Shown here: positions 1 through 10,115 of the stretch, one piece after another | How positions within the stretch are numbered: the stretch's first letter is position 1 | How the letters are laid out: each line of letters opens with the position of its first letter | Source: an uncultured Solirubrobacterales bacterium | GTDB taxonomy: Bacteria; Actinomycetota; Thermoleophilia; Solirubrobacterales; Solirubrobacteraceae | Reading direction: 5' to 3' | Length of the DNA stretch: 64,000 bases | Assembly (NCBI GenBank): GCA_963714115.1 | Contig: OY970232.1 | Location: 3,625,997 to 3,689,996, forward strand | Notes under the pieces: generated by a model | Told to the model about the DNA's origin: nothing | Database searches by the model: none | The model's input: the letters and a program-made list of their open reading frames with translations, nothing else | Program-made: the position numbers and the translations under genes

Positions 1-960
1 GCGGAAGCCGAAGCGCACGTCGCCACCGATGCGGTCAGGCGTTTGCAGGCATCGCTGCACGTCGCCGTGGACGGCGAATTCGGCCCCGAAACCGAGGCCG
101 CCTTGCGCCGCCTGCAGGCTCGCGAGGGTCTCACGGTCGACGGCGTCGCGGGCCCCGCCACCTGGAACGCGCTCGGCCAGCACAGCCAGCCCGAGCTCAC
201 GCCTCCCCCCTCCGCCCTCCCCCAGCCCTCCCACGGCCACCGCTCCGGCGCGGGATCGCAGGGCGAGCAGCTCGGCGGGAGCAGCGCCTTCGCGGCGCAG
301 GGAGCTCGCCCCGCCGGGCGCGTCGGCCGGGGCGAGGCGATCCGCCGCCTCCAGGAAGACCTCCACGTATCCGTCGACGGCGAATTCGGCCCCGAAACGC
401 AGACCGCGGTGCGCCACTTCCAGGAAGCCCACGGCCTCGCGGTCGACGGCGTCGTCGGTCCCGACACCTGGAGCGCACTCGGCATCCCCGGGGCACCCAC
501 CCTGCACGCCGACCCCGCCTACTTCCCCCAGAGCGCGGGCTCCGGGGGCGGGAGCTCCTCCGCCGGCGGCGGCTCGGCCCCAGGCGCCGGCTCCTCCAGC
601 GCCGAAGGGGTCATCGCGCAGGTGATCGCCGCCGCCAACGAAATCGCCACCCGCCCCTACGTCTACGGGGGCGGCCACGGCTCCTTCACCTCCGACGGCT
701 ACGACTGCTCGGGCTCGGTCTCCTACGCCCTGCACGGCGGAGGCCTGCTGAGCTCCCCCGAGGACTCCGGCGAACTGGAGTCCTACGGCGAACCCGGCCC
801 CGGCCGCTACATCACGATCTACGCCAACGCCGAACACGCCTGGATGACGATCGACGGCCGCCGCTTCGACACCGTTGCGCTGGCCGAAGACGGCTCCCGC
901 TGGGGCGGTCCCTCCGATGACGGCGGCGGGTTCGTGGAGCGCCACCCCGACGGGCTCTAG
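1..960 (+). CDS. Peptidoglycan-binding-domain protein with C-terminal NlpC/P60-like hydrolase domain (5' partial)
   Basis: Two PG_binding_1-like repeats (VDGEFGPETEAALRRLQ...GLTVDGVAGPATWNAL), Gly/Ser linker, then RPYVYGGGH...YDCSGSVSYAL with catalytic Cys. Frame 1 is open from base 1. Confidence 0.8.
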   Translation, partial: AEAEAHVATDAVRRLQASLHVAVDGEFGPETEAALRRLQAREGLTVDGVAGPATWNALGQHSQPELTPPPSALPQPSHGHRSGAGSQGEQLGGSSAFAAQGARPAGRVGRGEAIRRLQEDLHVSVDGEFGPETQTAVRHFQEAHGLAVDGVVGPDTWSALGIPGAPTLHADPAYFPQSAGSGGGSSSAGGGSAPGAGSSSAEGVIAQVIAAANEIATRPYVYGGGHGSFTSDGYDCSGSVSYALHGGGLLSSPEDSGELESYGEPGPGRYITIYANAEHAWMTIDGRRFDTVALAEDGSRWGGPSDDGGGFVERHPDGL

Positions 961-1135
961 GCTCAGCCGCCAGCTTCGACACTCGATCATCCACCGATCG
1001 GGGATCGACGGATCTCCGATCGACCGGCCCGCCCGGCCGAGACACCCCCGGGCGAGCGTACCGTCCCAAGCGCCGCCTACCGTGCGGACAGTCGTCTGAT
1101 GGCGACCGACCACACCGGACACGGAGGAGGCACAA

Positions 1136-2746
1136 ATGCTGGCGCGAGCGCGCACGTTCACGATCGAGGGACTCCAGACGCGGCCGGTGGCCGTCGAGGT
1201 GGACATCCGCGCGGGGCTCCCCGCGTTCACGATCGTGGGTCTCGCCGACGTCGCGGTGCGCGAGGCGCGCGACCGCGTGCGCGCGGCGATCCTCAACTCG
1301 GGCTACGAGTTCCCCGAGCGGCGGATCACCGCGAACCTGGCCCCCGGCGACGTCCCCAAGGTCGGACCGGGACTCGACCTCGCGCTCGCCTGCGCGGTAC
1401 TCGCCGCCTCCGGCCAACTCCCCACTCGGCTCCTGGAGAGCCACGCGCTCTTCGGCGAGCTCTCCCTCGACGGCGAGGTGCGCCCCTGCAACGGCACGCT
1501 CGCGATCGCGCAGGCCGCGCGGGAGGAGGGCATGCACGCGCTCGTGCTGGCGGGCACACGAGCGCGCGAGGCGGCACTGGTGGAGGGCCTCCAGGTGATC
1601 GTCGCGGAGCGTCTGGCGAGCGCGGCGCGCGCGCTGAGCGGCGGCGCGGGGGATCCGCTGCCCGCGCCGGCGCCGAGGGGCTCCGACTCCTGCCGCCGAG
1701 GCGGCTCGGTGGAGCTCTCGGACCTCGACCTCGGCGACGTGCACGGCCAGCCCCACGCGGTGCAGGCGCTCCTGCTGGCGGCGGCAGGCGCCCACAACCT
1801 GCTGCTGAGCGGCCCCCCGGGCACCGGCAAGACGATGCTCGCCCAGCGCCTGCCCACGATCCTGCCCCCGCTGAGCCGCGCGGAGGCGATCGAGGTGACG
1901 CGCATCCACAGCATCACCGGCCGCCTGGAGGACGGGGAGCTGATCCGCCGCCGTCCCTTCCGCGCCCCCCACCACTCGATCACCATCGCCGGCCTCGTGG
2001 GCGGCGCACGGCGGGGGTGGATGGGAGAGGTGGTGCTGGCCCACCGTGGAGTGCTGTTCCTGGACGAGCTCTGCGAGTTCGCCCGCCCCACCCTCGAGGC
2101 GCTGCGCCAGCCCCTGGAGGACGGGCGGGTGGCAATCGTGCGCGCCCGGCACTCCGCGGTGCACCCAGCACGCTTCGCGCTGATCGCCGCCACCAATCCC
2201 TGCCCCTGCGGCTACCACGGGGCGGTGGAGCGCTGTCGCTGCTCGGAAGCCGACCTCGCCCGCCACCGCCGGCGCCTCAGCGGACCGCTGCTCGACCGCA
2301 TCGACATCGTCGCCCATCTAGAGCGGTCGAGCTCGAAGCGCTCGGAGCGCACCCCGGCCAAGCGCGATCGAATGGCGCCCGCGCAGCGGCTCGGGGGGCG
2401 CGATCCGAGCACCGGGACACCAATCGGCTCCGAGGAGGCCCGCGAGCGGGTGGTGTGGGCCCGCAAGCGCCAGGAGGCACGCCTGCGCGAGGAGGGGGTG
2501 AGCGCCAACGCGCACATGAACGCTCGCATGCTGCGCCGCCATGTCGCCCTGAGCGAGGGTGGGGAGCGACTGTTGCGGGGCGCGCAGGAGCGCGGCACGA
2601 TCAGCGCCCGCGGCCTCGCCCGGGTGCTGCGCGTGGCGCGCACAGCAGCGGACCTCGAGGGCAGCAGCAGGACGCGCGAGGAGGATGTCGCGCTCGCGCT
2701 CGCCCTGCGCACGCAGGACGCTCCGCCCGGGAGGCGTACCGCATGA
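1136..2746 (+). CDS. comM: YifB/ComM family Mg-chelatase-like AAA+ ATPase
   Basis: N-term VEVDIRAGLPAFTIVGLAD...EARDRVRAAI; Walker A GPPGTGKT; FRAPHHS; LFLDE; NPCPCG; LLDRID; SD ggagga upstream; adjacent to dprA. Confidence 0.9.
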   Translation: MLARARTFTIEGLQTRPVAVEVDIRAGLPAFTIVGLADVAVREARDRVRAAILNSGYEFPERRITANLAPGDVPKVGPGLDLALACAVLAASGQLPTRLLESHALFGELSLDGEVRPCNGTLAIAQAAREEGMHALVLAGTRAREAALVEGLQVIVAERLASAARALSGGAGDPLPAPAPRGSDSCRRGGSVELSDLDLGDVHGQPHAVQALLLAAAGAHNLLLSGPPGTGKTMLAQRLPTILPPLSRAEAIEVTRIHSITGRLEDGELIRRRPFRAPHHSITIAGLVGGARRGWMGEVVLAHRGVLFLDELCEFARPTLEALRQPLEDGRVAIVRARHSAVHPARFALIAATNPCPCGYHGAVERCRCSEADLARHRRRLSGPLLDRIDIVAHLERSSSKRSERTPAKRDRMAPAQRLGGRDPSTGTPIGSEEARERVVWARKRQEARLREEGVSANAHMNARMLRRHVALSEGGERLLRGAQERGTISARGLARVLRVARTAADLEGSSRTREEDVALALALRTQDAPPGRRTA

Positions 2747-3963
2747 AGCTCTCCACCAGACAGGCGTGCCGCGGGGAGGCCTGCCCGGCCTGCGTGCGTC
2801 GTGCCTGGCTGCTGGGAGCGTTGAGCGCGCGCCTCGAGTACCGGGGGCGCGACCCCGAGCGCCTCGTGAGGCTGCTGGAGCTCTCCGACCGGGAGCTCAT
2901 ACGGGCGGTCACCGGCGAGGGGCCGGAGGGCGTGCTGGTGCAGTACGCGCAGCTCGAGCGCTCACCCCCACCCCCGGTCCCGGGGGTGCAGCGGATCTGC
3001 CGCCACGACCGCCGCTATCCCCGCCCGCTGGCCGAGAGCGGGGGTTCGCCGCGGGTGCTGCACGTGGCGGGCGGCATCTCGCGCATGGAGGAGCTGCTGG
3101 CGCAGCCCGTGGTGGCGGTGGTGGGAACGCGGAGGGCGAGCGACTACGGCATGGAGGTGGCGCACAGCCTCGCACGGGGTCTGGCGGCGAGCGGAATCAC
3201 GGTGGTGAGCGGCCTCGCCGAGGGCATCCCCGCGGCGGCCCACTGCGGAGCGCTTCAGGTCCAGGGCCCCACCCTCACGGTGACGGCGGGCGGCGTCGAT
3301 GTCCCTTATCCCAAGAGCTGGGGCCCTCTGCACCGGCGCATCGCCCTGGAGGGCTGCGCGCTGGCGGAGCTGCCATGCGGCTGCGCCCCCCGTGGCTGGT
3401 GCCACGCCGCCCGCGCGCGAATCGTGGCGGCGCTGGCGCACATGGTGATCGTGGTGGAGGCGGGGGAGCGGCCCAGCGAACTGCTGCAAGCGCGCCTGGC
3501 GGCGGCATCGGGCGCGATCGTGGCAGCAGTCCCCGGCCGCGTGAGCGCCCCCGCAGCGCGCGGCCCCCACCTGCTGCTGCGCGAGGGGGCGCTGCTGGTG
3601 CGCGACCCCCAGGACGCGCTGGAGGCGCTCTACGGGGTGGGCGGGCGCCAAGCTGCCGCCACACCCTGGAGAGCAGTGGCACCCCGGACGGCCGTGACAC
3701 CCCCCGAGCTGGAGGGCTTCCCGCGAGTGGTGCTGGAGCGGGTGAGCGCAGGAAGCGACACGGTGGCGAAGCTGGCCACCGAGGAGACCCTCGCGCGCGA
3801 GGTGCTGGTGGCGCTTGCCGAACTGGAGCTGAGCGGGGCAGTGGCACGCGGCGACGGCGGGCGCTACGTGGCCTGCCTGAGGGGAGCTCTAGAGCCGGAG
3901 ATTCAGCACCCGACTCTGGCTGCTGGGCTTGCCGCCGCGTGGGGTGAAGGTGACTTTCACTAA
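2743..3963 (+). CDS. dprA: DNA-processing protein DprA
   Basis: ATGA overlap with the comM stop; VAVVGTRRASDYG, VVSGLAEGIPAAAH, VIVVEAGE, AVPGRV motifs and a C-terminal winged-helix-like tail (LELSGAV..GDGGRY). Confidence 0.9.
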   Translation: MKLSTRQACRGEACPACVRRAWLLGALSARLEYRGRDPERLVRLLELSDRELIRAVTGEGPEGVLVQYAQLERSPPPPVPGVQRICRHDRRYPRPLAESGGSPRVLHVAGGISRMEELLAQPVVAVVGTRRASDYGMEVAHSLARGLAASGITVVSGLAEGIPAAAHCGALQVQGPTLTVTAGGVDVPYPKSWGPLHRRIALEGCALAELPCGCAPRGWCHAARARIVAALAHMVIVVEAGERPSELLQARLAAASGAIVAAVPGRVSAPAARGPHLLLREGALLVRDPQDALEALYGVGGRQAAATPWRAVAPRTAVTPPELEGFPRVVLERVSAGSDTVAKLATEETLAREVLVALAELELSGAVARGDGGRYVACLRGALEPEIQHPTLAAGLAAAWGEGDFH

Positions 3964-6570
3964 CAGGCGCAACTTGCCGAACTTCCGGAGCGCACTCAGG
4001 GCCGACGGGTGCGGCGCTATCACGAGCGTCATCGTGCCCATGGGCCACGTAGGGCCCGATGCCGTCCCGTAGGCGATCATGCGGCTGTGGCGGCGGCGCG
4101 CCGCGTTCTTCCTGGCTTCGCGCAGCTTGCGGGCCGTTTTCGCACTCGGGACCGCGACGGCGTTGGTCTCGAAGGAGCCGGTATCGGGTGCCTCGAGGCG
4201 CAGTTCGATCCTGTCCCCACCTCTCACCCGGGCTCGGACGATCGTGAAGACGTTGGAGGGCGATTCCGTGCTCGGAGACTTTGATCCCGGTCCTTCCGGG
4301 CCGCTTTTCCCCGGGTTCGTCTCGTCTGAGCCGCCCTGCCCCGGACCGATCTGTTCCGAGCCGCCTCTACCCGAGTTGGTTTCTTCCGGGCCACCTCCAC
4401 CCGAGTTGGTTTCTTCCGGGCCACCTCTACCCGAATTGGTTTCTTCCGGGCCGCCTCTACCCGAGTTGGTTTCTTCCGGGCCACCCTGCCCAGTTTCTTC
4501 AGACGTCGTCCCCACGACGGCATAGCCGGCCTGGTCGACTGAAACGCACAGCGACACCGACGCGCACGACACGCTGGTGAGGGCGTGCAGGGGGGTGAGG
4601 GCGTGACCCGGATCCACGCTCTTGACGCTCCACGCACCCGCGCCGCCGGTCGGATCGGTGGAGGTGAGCACGTTGCCAGCTTCATCGACCGCGACGCACA
4701 GCGACACCGACGGGCAGGAGACGCCGGTGATCGCATGGCCCGGGTCAACGCTGGCGGCGCTCCATGCGCCTGCGCCGCCGGTCGGGTCGGTCGAGGTGAG
4801 CACGTTGCCAGCTTCATCGACCGCGACGCACAGCGATTCCGAGGGGCAGGAGATGTCTTCGAAAGGCGTTTCGCCGTCGATGTGCGCGGGAACCCATGCA
4901 TGTTTGCGGTTCGCCGGTTCGGTCGTGACCGACACGTAACCGTGGCTGTCGACAGCCACGCACAGCGACGTCGATGGACAGGACACGCCGAAGACGGGGT
5001 CGACCTCGTTTTCGGCGCCCCGGGACCCTTCATAGGCGGGAAACACCGACGGTTCGCCGACCGTTGCCCAGGTCGGCTGTTCCGGCGCAGGAGGCGTGGT
5101 GGGATCCGTCGAGACATAGACTTCGCCGTGCGCTTCCACGGCGACGCACAGCGAGCTCGATGGGCAGGAAGCCCTGAAGTGCGGCGCGTAGTGCGGCGGT
5201 AGGGGCAAAATCGGATGGGCGTGTTCGTCAGTCGTGTGCCAGGCGCTCGCGCCACCTGCCGGTTCGGTGGAGGCGAGCATGTCGCTGCCGTTGCCAGCGA
5301 CGCACAGCGACGTCGAGCTGCACGACACGCCCCACAGGCTGGTAAAGATCTGGCTCGTGCTCCAAGCCCCACCGGCAGGGTCGGTCGAGCTGAGGATGTC
5401 CTTCGCACTGTCGACCGCGACACACAACGAGGCCGCGGAACAGGAGACGTCGAGGAGCCTGGGTGGGTTGTTGGAGTCCACGTGCGCCCTGGCCCATGCG
5501 CCGCCGGTCGGATCGCCCGTGCCCAGCACGTCGCCGTGGCCGTTGACGGCGATGCACAGCGTCGCCGAGGCACACGACACCCCCAGGAGGAATTCCTCGC
5601 CGTCGACGTGGCTCGGGGTCCACGCACCCGCGCCGCCGGTCGGGTCGGTCGCGCTGAGCGCGTTCCCGGCGCCGTCGATCGCCACGCACAGCGACACCGA
5701 GGGGCAGGAGACACCGCCGATCGCCGTACTGCTGCCGTCCACCCGGCTCGTCGCCGTCCAGCGGCCGGCTGCCGGTTCGGTCGAGGTGACCACATCGCCT
5801 TCGCCGCCGACGGCCACACACAGCGATCCTCCGCTTTCGGTGCACGAGACGCCCAGGAGCGGGATGCTGCCATCCACATCGCTCACCGTCCACGCCCCGG
5901 CGCCCTCCGTGGGATCGACCGACGTCGCGACCGCACCGGCTTCATCGACGGCCACGCACAGTGACTCCGAAGCGCACGAGACACCCCGCAGCACCTGTTC
6001 GACGATGTGGCTCGCGCTCCACGCTCGCGCGCCGCCTCCGGGGTCCGTCGAGGTGAGCACGTCTCCAGCGCTGTCGACCGCCACGCACAGCTCCGTCGAG
6101 GGACACGACACGCCGAGCAGCGTGTGGCCTTCGTCGATTTCGCTCTGCGTCCACGTACCCGCACCATCGGCGGGATCGGTCGAGACCAGCACCTGCCCGT
6201 ATTCGCCAACGGCGACGCACAGCATGCTCGACGGGCACGAGACTCCCCGCAGGCACAGCGGGACTTCGTAGCAGGGGGCGTTGGGTATGTATGTCTGCGA
6301 ATCGGGCTGGGCAAACGACCATGCGCCCGGGCCCCCCGCGGGATCGGTCGAGCTCACGATGCCCCCGAACCGATCGACCCCCACGCACAGCGACGCGGAC
6401 GGGCAGGAGACGGCGTCGAGTTCGGGCTGCGGCGGCGAGTTGTCGATCAACGCCGGCGAGGACCAGCTCAGCGGCGAGGCCGCCAGCGCCGGCGCGGTAG
6501 CCAGTGCTCCACATCCGAGGAGGATCGCGAGGAATGCCGCCAGCCACAGCGCAGCCCGACCGCGCCCCAT
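3889..6570 (-). CDS. Secreted protein with 14 VSCxSxSLCVAVD repeats (probable beta-propeller), Gly/Ser/Pro linker and basic C-terminal domain
   Basis: Signal peptide MGRGRAALWLAAFLAILLGCGALATAPALAA (ATG at 6570 chosen over the ORF-track start 6672); 14 repeats of ~46 aa, each with a Cys pair. Confidence 0.75.
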   Translation of the reverse strand: MGRGRAALWLAAFLAILLGCGALATAPALAASPLSWSSPALIDNSPPQPELDAVSCPSASLCVGVDRFGGIVSSTDPAGGPGAWSFAQPDSQTYIPNAPCYEVPLCLRGVSCPSSMLCVAVGEYGQVLVSTDPADGAGTWTQSEIDEGHTLLGVSCPSTELCVAVDSAGDVLTSTDPGGGARAWSASHIVEQVLRGVSCASESLCVAVDEAGAVATSVDPTEGAGAWTVSDVDGSIPLLGVSCTESGGSLCVAVGGEGDVVTSTEPAAGRWTATSRVDGSSTAIGGVSCPSVSLCVAIDGAGNALSATDPTGGAGAWTPSHVDGEEFLLGVSCASATLCIAVNGHGDVLGTGDPTGGAWARAHVDSNNPPRLLDVSCSAASLCVAVDSAKDILSSTDPAGGAWSTSQIFTSLWGVSCSSTSLCVAGNGSDMLASTEPAGGASAWHTTDEHAHPILPLPPHYAPHFRASCPSSSLCVAVEAHGEVYVSTDPTTPPAPEQPTWATVGEPSVFPAYEGSRGAENEVDPVFGVSCPSTSLCVAVDSHGYVSVTTEPANRKHAWVPAHIDGETPFEDISCPSESLCVAVDEAGNVLTSTDPTGGAGAWSAASVDPGHAITGVSCPSVSLCVAVDEAGNVLTSTDPTGGAGAWSVKSVDPGHALTPLHALTSVSCASVSLCVSVDQAGYAVVGTTSEETGQGGPEETNSGRGGPEETNSGRGGPEETNSGGGGPEETNSGRGGSEQIGPGQGGSDETNPGKSGPEGPGSKSPSTESPSNVFTIVRARVRGGDRIELRLEAPDTGSFETNAVAVPSAKTARKLREARKNAARRRHSRMIAYGTASGPTWPMGTMTLVIAPHPSALSALRKFGKLRLLVKVTFTPRGGKPSSQSRVLNLRL
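4361..4490. repeat. 30-bp tandem repeat (about 4 copies) encoding GGPEETNSGR on the minus strand
   Basis: ccRcctcYacccgaRttggtttcttccggg repeated head to tail. Confidence 0.9.
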
Positions 6571-6744
6571 GCGGCTCGACAGGGCTCTGTGCGAGCAACC
6601 AACCCAGATGATCGTTTTATCAGTTATGTGCCTGATCCTACTATATTGAGTCCGCATGACCGGCTCGCCCACCTACCCCGCGCGCCATGCTCGGCCGCCA
6701 CCTGCCTCGATGACCGCCGTGCGCTACCTCACCACTGCCGCGCG

Positions 6745-9078
6745 CTACGTCACCACTTCCAGCGTGCCGCCTTTCGCCGCTTCGATGAGTTCCGTGCCTT
6801 CCAAAGCTCCCGCACCTGCGCCACCGACGCTGCATTTGAGCTTTTCACCATCGAATTCCGCGTCGACGCCACCGGCCGCATTGGTCACACTCGTCTTGAG
6901 CGTCCCCGTGCATTCGTCCACCACTTTCAGGATCCCACCCACGGTGCACGTGATCGAAAAGCCGGGAGTACCTTTGCCACTCGTGGTGATCACCTCACGC
7001 ACCGCTCCCCCTTCCGGCATGACCAGTTCGGAGTGCCACGACAGGTGCACCGCCGCCAATTCCGCCCCTTTGCCCGCTTCGCAGGACGCCGCTTTCACGA
7101 GAGTGCATTTCGACTTGGCCCATTTCGTCTCCAGGCCCACCGAACCAGGCCCAACCGACCCTTCGCCGGTGCCTTCGCATTCCACCTCCAGAGAGTCCCC
7201 TTCGTCGGTGAGCTTCACCGACCCTTTCGACTTCGTCCCCACCGATTCCAAGAGCTCCGCCCCGCCCTGCCGCCATTCCGGGCCGGTGACTTCGAGCGTG
7301 CCGCCTTTGGCGGCTTCGATGAGTTCGGTGCCTTCCAAAGCTCCCGCGCCTGCGCCACCGACGCTGCATTTGAGCTTTTCGCCGTCGAATGCCGCGTCGA
7401 CGCCACCGGCCGCGTTGGCCACACTCGTCTTGAGCGTCCCCGTGCATTCGTCCACCACTTTCAGGATCCCGCCCACGGTGCACTTGATCGTGAAGCCGGG
7501 AGTACCTTTGCCACCGGTGGTGATCGAGTCACGCACCGCTCCTTCCGGCATGACCAGTTCGGAGTGCCACGAGAGGCTCACCGCCGACAGTTCCGCCCCT
7601 TTGCCCGCTTCGCAGGACGCCGCTTTCACGAGAGTGCATTTCGACTTGGTCCATTTCGCCTCTTCGCCCACCGACCCCGCCCCAACCGACCCTTCGCCGG
7701 TGCCTTCGCATTCCACCTCCAGAGAGTCCCCTTCGTCGGTGAGCTTCACCGACCCTTTCGACTTCGTCCCCACCGATTCCAAGAGCTCCGCCCCGCCCTG
7801 GCGCCATTCCGCACCGAGGAGCGCCAGAGCGCCGTCGGGTGTGCCGTTGCCGCTCGGCCCATCGTAACCCACCTCCGCGTTGCAGAGAGACGCCGGCGTG
7901 CACCCTCCTTCCGTGGGGTAGTTGGTGCCTTTCGTGATGTCGAACATCGCGCTCGCAGCGAGGTAGAACGCCTCTGCGCCTTCTCGGGACCGGGAGAAGC
8001 TGGTGCTCAGCGCCTCGGCTCCAGCCATCAGAGCAGCGGAGACGCTCGTGCCACCAAAATCGTGCCATTTTTCTTTCATTTCATAGGTGTCGTACACCGA
8101 TACGGGCGTGCTGGTGTCGGCCACCGCGGCGACATCGTTGTCCATGCGGTCTTTGCAGCCGGTATAGAACGTCTGCCAGGATGGCTTGGTCTGCGTGAGA
8201 CTGCAGCCACCGCCGCTTTCCGTCCATACCGTTTCCGCCCACCCACGCCCTCCTTCCGAGGGCAGCAGCGTCGTGCCACCCACGGAGATCACGTCTGGTG
8301 CCGTGGCGGGGAAGCTCGGCGTTTTAGCGCTTTCCTCGTGGTTGTCATAGCCCGCATCTCCAGCGGCGACGGTCGTCGGGATGCCCGGGTGGTCGTAGTC
8401 GGAGTCGTATGACGCGTAGCCTTTGCCTCCCGTTTCTTCTTCTTCGGGCAGACCGTAGCCATTGTCGATCACCGTCGCGCCCAGTTTGATGGCCTCGATG
8501 ACGGAGGCTGCCAGTTCGCCTATTGCGTTGCTGTTGGCCTCGACCAGCAGAATGTGGCAGCCGGGACACGCCGCGGACACCATATCCAGATCGACGGAGA
8601 TCTCTTCCGACCAACTCCTGCTGTTTTCGGGATATGAGCCTTCTTCGCCTTTCTGGTTGACCTTCTTGAAACACCCGCTGGCTTTGGTGCATTCCGATAG
8701 TTCATAGTGCGCCCTGTAGGCCGCCAGATCCGATTCCGCGTTCGGGTCGTTGTCGGCATCGACGATCGCAACCGTCTGTCCCGAGCCACCCGTGGACGGA
8801 AGTTTGTACGCCGACCGCAGTTCGCTCGGATCGAACCCTCCCAGCTCCCCACTCCCAGCGGTATAGGTTTTGACACCTTCTTCGGTCTTGTCGAGCAGGG
8901 CGTAGCATGTCGCGTGGTTGGTGGACGGCGCCGGGCAGGAGTGTTCGAAGGAAGCGCCGAGGGCTTCGGCATTCCACACACAAGCACTGAGGAAGACCGC
9001 GGCCACGGCAGCAATCGAGACCAGCGGGCCATGGCTGAGCCTGCTCTGCCATGCCGCTCCGGGATACAGGCGCCTCAT
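6745..9078 (-). CDS. Secreted S53 (sedolisin-like) serine peptidase with two C-terminal ~177-aa Cys-containing repeat domains
   Basis: Signal-like N-term; GQTVAIVDA..DPNAESDL; WSEEISVDLDMVSAACP (Glu/Asp), VAAGD (oxyanion), FGGTSVSA (catalytic Ser), YDGPSGNGTP; then duplicated EWRQGGAELL... domains. Confidence 0.85.
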   Translation of the reverse strand: MRRLYPGAAWQSRLSHGPLVSIAAVAAVFLSACVWNAEALGASFEHSCPAPSTNHATCYALLDKTEEGVKTYTAGSGELGGFDPSELRSAYKLPSTGGSGQTVAIVDADNDPNAESDLAAYRAHYELSECTKASGCFKKVNQKGEEGSYPENSRSWSEEISVDLDMVSAACPGCHILLVEANSNAIGELAASVIEAIKLGATVIDNGYGLPEEEETGGKGYASYDSDYDHPGIPTTVAAGDAGYDNHEESAKTPSFPATAPDVISVGGTTLLPSEGGRGWAETVWTESGGGCSLTQTKPSWQTFYTGCKDRMDNDVAAVADTSTPVSVYDTYEMKEKWHDFGGTSVSAALMAGAEALSTSFSRSREGAEAFYLAASAMFDITKGTNYPTEGGCTPASLCNAEVGYDGPSGNGTPDGALALLGAEWRQGGAELLESVGTKSKGSVKLTDEGDSLEVECEGTGEGSVGAGSVGEEAKWTKSKCTLVKAASCEAGKGAELSAVSLSWHSELVMPEGAVRDSITTGGKGTPGFTIKCTVGGILKVVDECTGTLKTSVANAAGGVDAAFDGEKLKCSVGGAGAGALEGTELIEAAKGGTLEVTGPEWRQGGAELLESVGTKSKGSVKLTDEGDSLEVECEGTGEGSVGPGSVGLETKWAKSKCTLVKAASCEAGKGAELAAVHLSWHSELVMPEGGAVREVITTSGKGTPGFSITCTVGGILKVVDECTGTLKTSVTNAAGGVDAEFDGEKLKCSVGGAGAGALEGTELIEAAKGGTLEVVT
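6748..7809 (-). repeat. Near-identical tandem duplication (~531-bp period) of the S53 C-terminal domain
   Basis: Both units start GAATGGCG (EWRQGG) at 7809 and 7278, and the DNA is near-identical over most of the unit. Confidence 0.9.
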
Positions 9079-9511
9079 ACCAACTCCTTTGCGTTAGATC
9101 GATGCACGGGCACTGGTCCGGACTCGTGCGAAGGGGATCGATGCTCGCTGGCAGATGTTCTGATCATCGGCATTGCTCTGACATGACTGGAGAGGAAAGC
9201 AAACTTCTAGCACCCACGTAACCCAGATGGTCCGCGAGGTTCATGCTAGCTGAACACGAGACAACAGACTACAATTTCAAAGACCGCAGATGATCCTGCT
9301 AGTTGGCATGGGCGGGAGTCAAGCACAAAGTCTCCCGTTTTGCAACTCGTTTAGTCGAATTGTCTCTAGCCAGCGTGTCCGTGCACCCAGACAGGCCGCC
9401 TGGGGCCCACTCGTTCCTCGCATCGCCGCGCGCGGCCAGCGGGCTGACAGCCGGCTTGCAAAGAGCGTTGCGCGAGCGCCCGGCCACCCAGCCCTGCGCT
9501 ATGGTCCGCTG

Positions 9512-9590
9512 GTCAGATGGAGCCCTGACGTGAGGTCCGCCAAGCGGCCCTCCAGACCGCCCACCCAGGAGAAGGGCTGATGGCTCCTTT
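9512..9590 (+). ncRNA. Fluoride riboswitch (crcB motif)
   Basis: gtcag-ATGGAGCC-ctgac P1 with pseudoknot strand, agACCGCCC...GGGCTGATGGCTCCT, an extra hairpin between, directly upstream of crcB. Confidence 0.85.
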
Positions 9591-9628
9591 CGCGAACTCG
9601 ACCTCACGCGAGAGGAGCATCCAGCAGC

Positions 9629-10042
9629 TTGCGCCCTTCCCGAATGCCCAATCCAGACAGACGCGAGCTCGCGGCGATCTTCCTCGGGGGAGCCGCCGGA
9701 GGCCTGCTGCGGGTGTGGCTGGGCGAGACCTTCGCCAGCACCGCCACCCAGTGGCCGTGGGCGACGTTCGCAATCAACGTCAGCGGCTCGTTCGCGCTCG
9801 GCTACCTCGCCACGCGCCTGCAGGAGCGCCTCCCGCTCTCCACCTACCGGCGGCCGCTGCTCGGGACGGGCTTCTGCGGGGCTTACACCACCTTCTCGAC
9901 GATGCAGGTGGAGATCCTCGCGATGGTCGAACATCATCGCTACGGGCTTGCCGCGGGCTACGCCAGCGCAAGCATCGCGGCCGGCTACCTGGCGATCTGG
10001 CTGGCCACGGCAAGCGTGCGACGCGTGCGAGCGATTGCGTGA
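9629..10042 (+). CDS. crcB: Fluoride efflux channel Fluc/CrcB, copy 1
   Basis: [35 protein letters not shown] motifs; start is TTG 9629 or ATG 9644. Confidence 0.92.
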   Translation: MRPSRMPNPDRRELAAIFLGGAAGGLLRVWLGETFASTATQWPWATFAINVSGSFALGYLATRLQERLPLSTYRRPLLGTGFCGAYTTFSTMQVEILAMVEHHRYGLAAGYASASIAAGYLAIWLATASVRRVRAIA

Positions 10043-10115
10043 GAGTCAGGGTGGGCATGGGCGCGACCGGCATGAACGCGTGCGGGTGCTCGCGCGCGTG
10101 CATGGGTGCGATCGC

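Noticed and set aside
1099-2742. N-terminal half of the 954-aa ORF 1099..3963
   Set aside because: Arg/Gly-rich off-frame read of comM; the true dprA starts at ATG 2743.
9079-9500. Possible second riboswitch or sRNA in the A/T-richer intergenic region
   Set aside because: Only a short gggag...ctccc hairpin is visible; I recognised no family consensus. An Infernal/Rfam scan would settle it.
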